From contig CAWEEQ010000004.1 of NCBI GenBank assembly GCA_963808235.1, positions 3,456,001 to 3,520,000 on the forward strand: a DNA stretch of 64,000 nt, given 5' to 3'. Shown one piece after another: positions 58,933 to 64,000 of the stretch. The notes below the pieces were generated by a model. That model worked only from the letters and a program-made list of their open reading frames with translations. It was not told where the DNA came from and ran no database searches. This DNA is from an uncultured delta proteobacterium. Its GTDB lineage: Bacteria > Desulfobacterota > Binatia > Binatales > Binataceae. Every line of letters starts with the position of its first letter. The stretch's first letter is position 1. Both the position numbers and the translations under genes were made by a program.

Positions 58933-59587
58933 ACGGACGGCGTCTTTCGGCGAGCGCTATGAGCTCACCTGGGTGGATCGATTCGGCGTGTGGCTTTCGT
59001 CGCGACAGGTGCGGCGTCTGGCCCCGAAGTTCGAAGGAAGCTCAGTTGGCGATTTCGGATGCGGATATCAAGCCACTTTCGGTCGCACGCTCATCGGCGT
59101 CGCTGGTGAGCTGACTTTAGTCGATGTGTCTATCGCATCGGATCTCAAACAGGACCGGAGAATTCGGAGTATCGAGGGCTGGCTGCCGGAAGCCATTGCG
59201 GGGATCAAATCTGAATCGCTTGACATCGTTCTCTGCCTTTCGGTTTTGGAGCATCTCTGGCATCCTCTCGAAATGTTAAAGGAATGCCGGCGCGTCCTTG
59301 TTCCAGGCGGTGTCTGCATGATCAATGTGCCGTCCTGGATGGGTAAGCGATGGCTCGAATTCTCGGCATTCCGCCTGGGTCTTAGTCCGCGCGCAGAGAT
59401 CGATGACCACAAGCGCTACTACGATCCTAAAGAACTCTGGACGCTGCTGGTTAGTGCCGGATTCCGCCCTTCGGAGATTCGTTGCTTCAGGCATAAGTTC
59501 GGTTTGAACACCTTTGCGATGTGCCGGCGGAGTAACGCAGATCACGACGCCAGGTCGGACGAGGAGAGCGCCAGGCGTGCAACCTGA
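58913..59587 (+). CDS. Class I SAM-dependent methyltransferase
   Basis: DFGCG, LSVLEHL, LVPGG...NVPS, DDHKRYY. Confidence 0.85.
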   Translation: MSPQIPERTASFGERYELTWVDRFGVWLSSRQVRRLAPKFEGSSVGDFGCGYQATFGRTLIGVAGELTLVDVSIASDLKQDRRIRSIEGWLPEAIAGIKSESLDIVLCLSVLEHLWHPLEMLKECRRVLVPGGVCMINVPSWMGKRWLEFSAFRLGLSPRAEIDDHKRYYDPKELWTLLVSAGFRPSEIRCFRHKFGLNTFAMCRRSNADHDARSDEESARRAT

Positions 59588-60332
59588 CAACTGGGATCAG
59601 CATTGGGCCGAATATGCAGCGTCGGCGGAGTCGAATCCCGCGCAAGGCTATAGGCGTCGACTGATTTCGCACTTGCTTGGCAGTAATTCGTCAAAGAGCG
59701 CGCGACGAATAATGGATCTGGGAAGCGGACAAGGAGACCTGTTGGCCGCCCTTAGTCGAATGGACGCCTGGAGCGGCATGCTGGGAGTCGAATTCAGTGC
59801 GGTAGGTGTGCAGATAGCCGCCAGGAAGGTTCCTACCGCCTCCTTCTTGCAACAAGACTTGTTGCAACCAGTACCAGCGGCGTGCCCATATCTGGGATGG
59901 GCCGACTATGCTGTCTGTTCCGAGGTCCTGGAACATCTGGACGATCCCATATCGTTCCTCAGAAACGCGGCAGCTTTGATGTCTCCGGGATGTACTTTGA
60001 TTGTCACGGTGCCGGGAGGTCCCATGTCTGCCTTCGATCGCCATATCGGTCATCGGAAACACTATTCCGTCTCCGAGTTGCGCAGTCTGCTCGAACAAAG
60101 CGGATTTTCCGTTAAAACCGTCATGGCGGCAGGGTTTCCATTTTTCAATCTCTACCGCTCGACGGTTATCCTGAGGGGCAGCGCTCTCATTCAAGATGTT
60201 TCGAGCAACCCTCCGATAGTGGTTAGGATTGCCACTTACTCGATGATGTGGTTATTTCGACGGTTGTTTGCCTTCAACAGGACACGAGGCCGGCGGGGCT
60301 GGCAGATCGTGGCGGTTGCTGAATGGAAGTAG
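59577..60332 (+). CDS. Class I SAM-dependent methyltransferase
   Basis: GAGGAG SD; DLGSGQG, CSEVLEHLDDP, VTVPG, GHRKHYS. Confidence 0.85.
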   Translation: MQPDNWDQHWAEYAASAESNPAQGYRRRLISHLLGSNSSKSARRIMDLGSGQGDLLAALSRMDAWSGMLGVEFSAVGVQIAARKVPTASFLQQDLLQPVPAACPYLGWADYAVCSEVLEHLDDPISFLRNAAALMSPGCTLIVTVPGGPMSAFDRHIGHRKHYSVSELRSLLEQSGFSVKTVMAAGFPFFNLYRSTVILRGSALIQDVSSNPPIVVRIATYSMMWLFRRLFAFNRTRGRRGWQIVAVAEWK

Positions 60333-60430
60333 GCAGCGACTGAGCTGCCGGACTCGCCGCTTGCTAGGGTTCGAAGACAAGGGAGTAGCCTGCGGATTCT
60401 GTTCGCGGCGTTACTGCTCCGGAGGCAGCC

Positions 60431-60966
60431 TTGGAACTATCAGCTTATCGGCGGAATCTTTACCCGGTCATGGTCGTAATTGCTTTGCTTGGCCTCGCGC
60501 CGCCGCTGGCGCATACCGCACGCGCGCAGCAAAGCTCCGGAACTTCGACGGCGACTCAAGATGAGATCCGCGGCGCAACGATGCGTTTCTATGTCGCGCT
60601 CAACAGTGCGCTCCATAGCGATCTCGATCCTCTGGGCGCCGTATGGTCCCACGGCCCGGACGTATCGAACCTGAGCTCGGATGGCGGCCGCGCGGTCGGA
60701 TGGAATGAGGTTCACGCGGAATTTCAAAACATGGCCCGGCTTTATCCGGCGGACGGATTGCACCGCGGGACATTGTCGTCGTCACGAGCAGGGAAATGGG
60801 TTATTCAGTCTGCACAGAGACCGGGCAACTGCGTTCGCCGGAGGGTCCGATGGTCAGTTTCACCCAGCGCGCAACCAACATCTTCCGGCTTGAAGACGGC
60901 AAGTGGAAGATGATCCACCATCATGCGGACGCCGGTTCTACCGGTTCGCAAGGGCCCAGCCGATAG
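60431..60966 (+). CDS. Exported NTF2/SnoaL-like protein (frameshift ~60750)
   Basis: Signal peptide; FYVALN...VWSH..GWNEV; continuation RATNIFRLEDGKWKMIHHHAD in the shifted frame ending TAG 60966. Confidence 0.8.
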
Positions 60967-60969
60967 CTA

Positions 60970-61727
60970 CTATGCGGGCGCGGTCGAGAAGAATTTCGTT
61001 ACCTCATCTTTGAAGAATTGATCGTAGGGCGCTGTCATGTGATCACGGCCCTCGAGTTTTACGATCCGGCTCGTCGGAATCATCTTGGGCAGCTCGTCAT
61101 GCGCGCCGATCGCGTCGTCGTTTCTGCCGACTACTATCAGCGTTGGCACCTGCACCTTCGCGAGTCTGCCCGGCTCGATGCGCCTGCGCTCCGCAGAAAT
61201 TATGGCGGCGAGCGCAATCAGGTCGTTTCCTGCCGCCTCGGCGAATCGCCGGTAAGCACGCGCTACCGGGTCGATGATCTGATCGCGGTTCGGCGCGAGC
61301 AGCGCGTCTGAAATAGCTGCGCGCAGCGAAGGATTCTCGATCCCATCGTCGTACGCTATTCCGCCCAGCACCGCCGCACGCAGCCGATCCGGATGATCCA
61401 TGAGCAGCTCGATCGCGAGGCTCGCGCCCATCGAGTAGCCCATGATCATCGCACGAGCAATCTCCAGATGATCCAGCAAGCGAATGACGTCGCCCGCCAT
61501 CTGCACGCGTCCATAGAGGTCCTTGCCATGCGGCTTGGCGCTGCGACCGTGCCCGCGGCAATCCATCGCCAGCACGCGAAATCGGGAAGAGAGCATTTCA
61601 ATCCATCCGGTGTCACCGAAGTTCTGCTTCGCGGTCGAGCCCCACCCGTGCACGAGCACGACTGGATCGCCGCCGCCCACATCGTCGAAACAGATTTCAA
61701 CTCCGCTCCGAGCGAAAATGATGGCAT
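60970..61727 (-). CDS. Alpha/beta hydrolase (frameshift near 5' end)
   Basis: VLVHGWGS, DCRGHGRS, GYSMGA, GRND, RDHM. The ATG at 61727 is out of frame with the body. Confidence 0.85.
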
Positions 61728-61754
61728 CGCGGTTCCGTACTCGCCGAGTTGTGC

Positions 61755-62174
61755 TCAGCCTCCGCGTGCGATTAAGGCGACGAAGTCTCCCTCGGTCAGG
61801 ATGCCGACCAGCCGCCGATTCTCGACAACCGGAAGGCAGCCGATCTTGCGCTCCGTCAAGATTCGCGCAGCCTCCACCAGAGGAGTCTCCGGACTGATCG
61901 TCACCACGTCGCTGGTCATCACTTCTTTGACGGACAGAGTGTTGAGAAGCTTGCGCTGAGCATGCTTGCCGTAGCCGAGCGCTTGGGCAAGCGCGTCACG
62001 AAAGAGATCGCGCTGGGTCACGATGCCGACGAGAACTTGACCCTCGTCGTCCAGCACGGGCAGATGGCGAACCCGTCCCAAACGCATGATGTCATCCGCC
62101 AAGGTGAGCTTATCGTTACGTTTGAGGCTGGTAGGATCTGCCGTCATCACGTCGCGAACTTTCATTTCCTTCAT
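61755..62174 (-). CDS. CBS domain pair protein (AcuB-like)
   Basis: VRDVMT...RHLPV..LVGIVTQRD; KIGCLPVV..LVGILTEGD. Confidence 0.9.
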   Translation of the reverse strand: MKEMKVRDVMTADPTSLKRNDKLTLADDIMRLGRVRHLPVLDDEGQVLVGIVTQRDLFRDALAQALGYGKHAQRKLLNTLSVKEVMTSDVVTISPETPLVEAARILTERKIGCLPVVENRRLVGILTEGDFVALIARGG

Positions 62175-62314
62175 GCCGATTTCTCCGATAGGAGTTTACC
62201 TGCAACGCAATTGCGGCGCGAGGCCAGGGGCCGTGTCTCGATCGCTTCTCTGTTCAGCCCGCCGCTGGACGTTAAGTACTGGCTGCAGCTAGTATCCGCA
62301 ACGTAGCTCGAAAG

Positions 62315-63842
62315 ATGGCATCGCCTCTCAATGTATTGTTTATCACCGCCGACCAATGGCGCGGCGAGTGTCTATCCGCGCTCGATCATCCCGTAGTTCG
62401 TACACCTAATCTCGATTCGCTGGCCGCCGAAGGAGTACTTTTCCGGCGTCACTTCGCCAATGCGGTGCCATGCGGTCCCAGCAGGGCGTCGCTTCACACC
62501 GGGATGTATCTGCAGAATCATCGTTCCGGAACCAACGGCACGCCGCTGGATGCGCGCCACACCAACTGGGCCAAGGAAGCTGCGGCCCATGGCTACGACC
62601 CGGTGCTATTCGGCTATACCGACACGAGCCAGGATCCCCGCGGTCTCGAGGCCGCCGATCCATGGCTCAAAAGTTATGAGGGCCCTCTGCCTGGCATCCG
62701 CCCCGTATGCTTGATGATTGGCACGCCGACGCCATGGACCGATTGGCTTAAGTCGCGCGGCTTCGACGTACCTGCGGATATTCGCTTCGCCTATGGCTAT
62801 CGCGAGCCAGGTCCGGACTATGAAGACGGAGCAGCGTACCCAAAGCCGCTCAAGTATCCCGCGGAATTCGACGACACCGCGTTCCTTGTCACGCAAACGA
62901 TCGACTACATGAAGAGCGCAAGCGGGCCCTTCATCGCGCACCTCTCACTCCTTCGCCCACATCCGCCCTGGGTCGCGCCCGCGCCATACAACACTATGTA
63001 TGATCCGGCACTCATGCCCGGCTTCATAAGATGTCCGACGCCCGAAGATGAAGCACGTCAGCATCCGTGGCTAGCGCATCAACTAAGTCGCCCTCCGTTC
63101 AGAGCTCCGGAAAAAGAGAAGAAGCTTCGGCGGTTTAAGGCCGTTTACTACGGACTCATAAGCAGGGTCGACGCCGAGATTGGGCGACTAGTTCACTTTC
63201 TCAAGGAGACCGGCCGTTGGAATTCGACGCTGATCATCTTTACTTCGGATCATGGCGAGCAGATGGGCGATCACTGGATGGTAGGTAAGTGCGGCTACTT
63301 CGACGGCTCCTATCACATCCCGCTAATCGTTCGCGATCCGCATCCGCAAGCCGATTCTGCCAGGGGCGCGAAAGTCTCGTCATTCACCGAGAACGTCGAT
63401 ATCATGCCGACGCTACTGGAAGCGATCGGCGCCGAAATTCCGGTGCAATGCGACGGGCGTTCGCTTGCTCCATTCCTCGGAGGCGCTGGACGTCCCGACA
63501 AATGGCGCAGCGAAGCGCACTGGGAGTTCGATTTTCGCGATCCTCGCGACAGTTCGACTGAGCAAAAGCTCGGACTCACGCTCCACCAATGCACGATGAA
63601 CGTCATAAGGAGCGATCGCTACAAATATGTCCATTTCACAAATCTGCCGCCGCTGTTCTTCGATCTGGAGAAGGACCCGAACGAGTTCGCGAACCTGGCG
63701 GACGTCGCCATCGTATGCGCCCCTAGTACTCGAGTATGCGCAGAAACTACTGTCATGGCGCATGAACCACGACGAACAAACGTTGACGCACATCATGCTT
63801 AGCGAAGGAGGTCCCATCTCGCGGCGCGCCGCGCGCTACTGA
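62315..63842 (+). CDS. Phosphonate monoester hydrolase/sulfatase (PehA-like; frameshift ~63705)
   Basis: ADQWR, CGPSRASLHTG (formylglycine motif), PLDARH, GYDPVLFGY, RPHPPW, SDHGE; C-terminus YAQKLLSWRM in ORF 63627..63842. Confidence 0.85.
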
Positions 63843-63857
63843 ATCCGTTCCAGGTGG

Positions 63858-64000
63858 CTATGGCCGCTCTCCGCAACTCATCCGATTCTCGATCGCGTCG
63901 ATAGCAGCCTCGCAATCCGCGACTGCGTCGATCACCTGGTGCGCGCCGGCAGCTAACAGCCTGGTCCGCGCATCGTTCAGCCGACGCATCTTTTCCGCGG
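63858..64000 (-). CDS. phnX: Phosphonoacetaldehyde hydrolase, C-terminal fragment (gene extends beyond the window)
   Basis: Minus strand reads ARTRLLAAGAHQVIDAVADCEAAIDAIENRMSCGERP*, the characteristic phosphonatase C-terminus. Confidence 0.75.
   Translation of the reverse strand, partial: AEKMRRLNDARTRLLAAGAHQVIDAVADCEAAIDAIENRMSCGERP

Overview
High-GC bacterial chromosomal window, probably metagenome-assembled. The paralogous amidohydrolases and D-aminoacylases, SDR, NTF2, VOC and APH-kinase genes are reminiscent of Ca. Binatota/Binataceae, but this is an inference only. About 60 CDSs are present; no rRNA, tRNA, CRISPR array, integrase or transposase was recognised. At least seven genes carry single-base frameshifts, probably assembly errors. 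Recognisable modules are aguB-aguA (agmatine catabolism), a DUF2089/DUF4097 pair with a near-consensus promoter, an LvaAB-like kinase pair, queC-like plus BMP lipoprotein, rlpA, recQ, ampG, trpF, a 9 kb heptose-nucleotide/GT2/GT-C/methyltransferase cluster, and a PehA-like phosphonate monoester hydrolase convergent on phnX. The best candidate for an undescribed system is 24.8-29.2 kb. There a stand-alone IrrE/ImmA-like HExxH metalloprotease, with an apparent ACG start, is divergent from a LuxI/FeeM-like GNAT acyltransferase and a fatty acid desaturase, next to a secreted Cys-rich protein with a highly structured 5' leader. This may be an acyl-lipid signal synthase with a protease-type response unit. 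Other leads are an unannotated 23-aa leader peptide ending CCN upstream of a methyltransferase, a putative lipid-linked heptose transfer pathway, and an orphan two-gene unit with a 31-aa tandem repeat.
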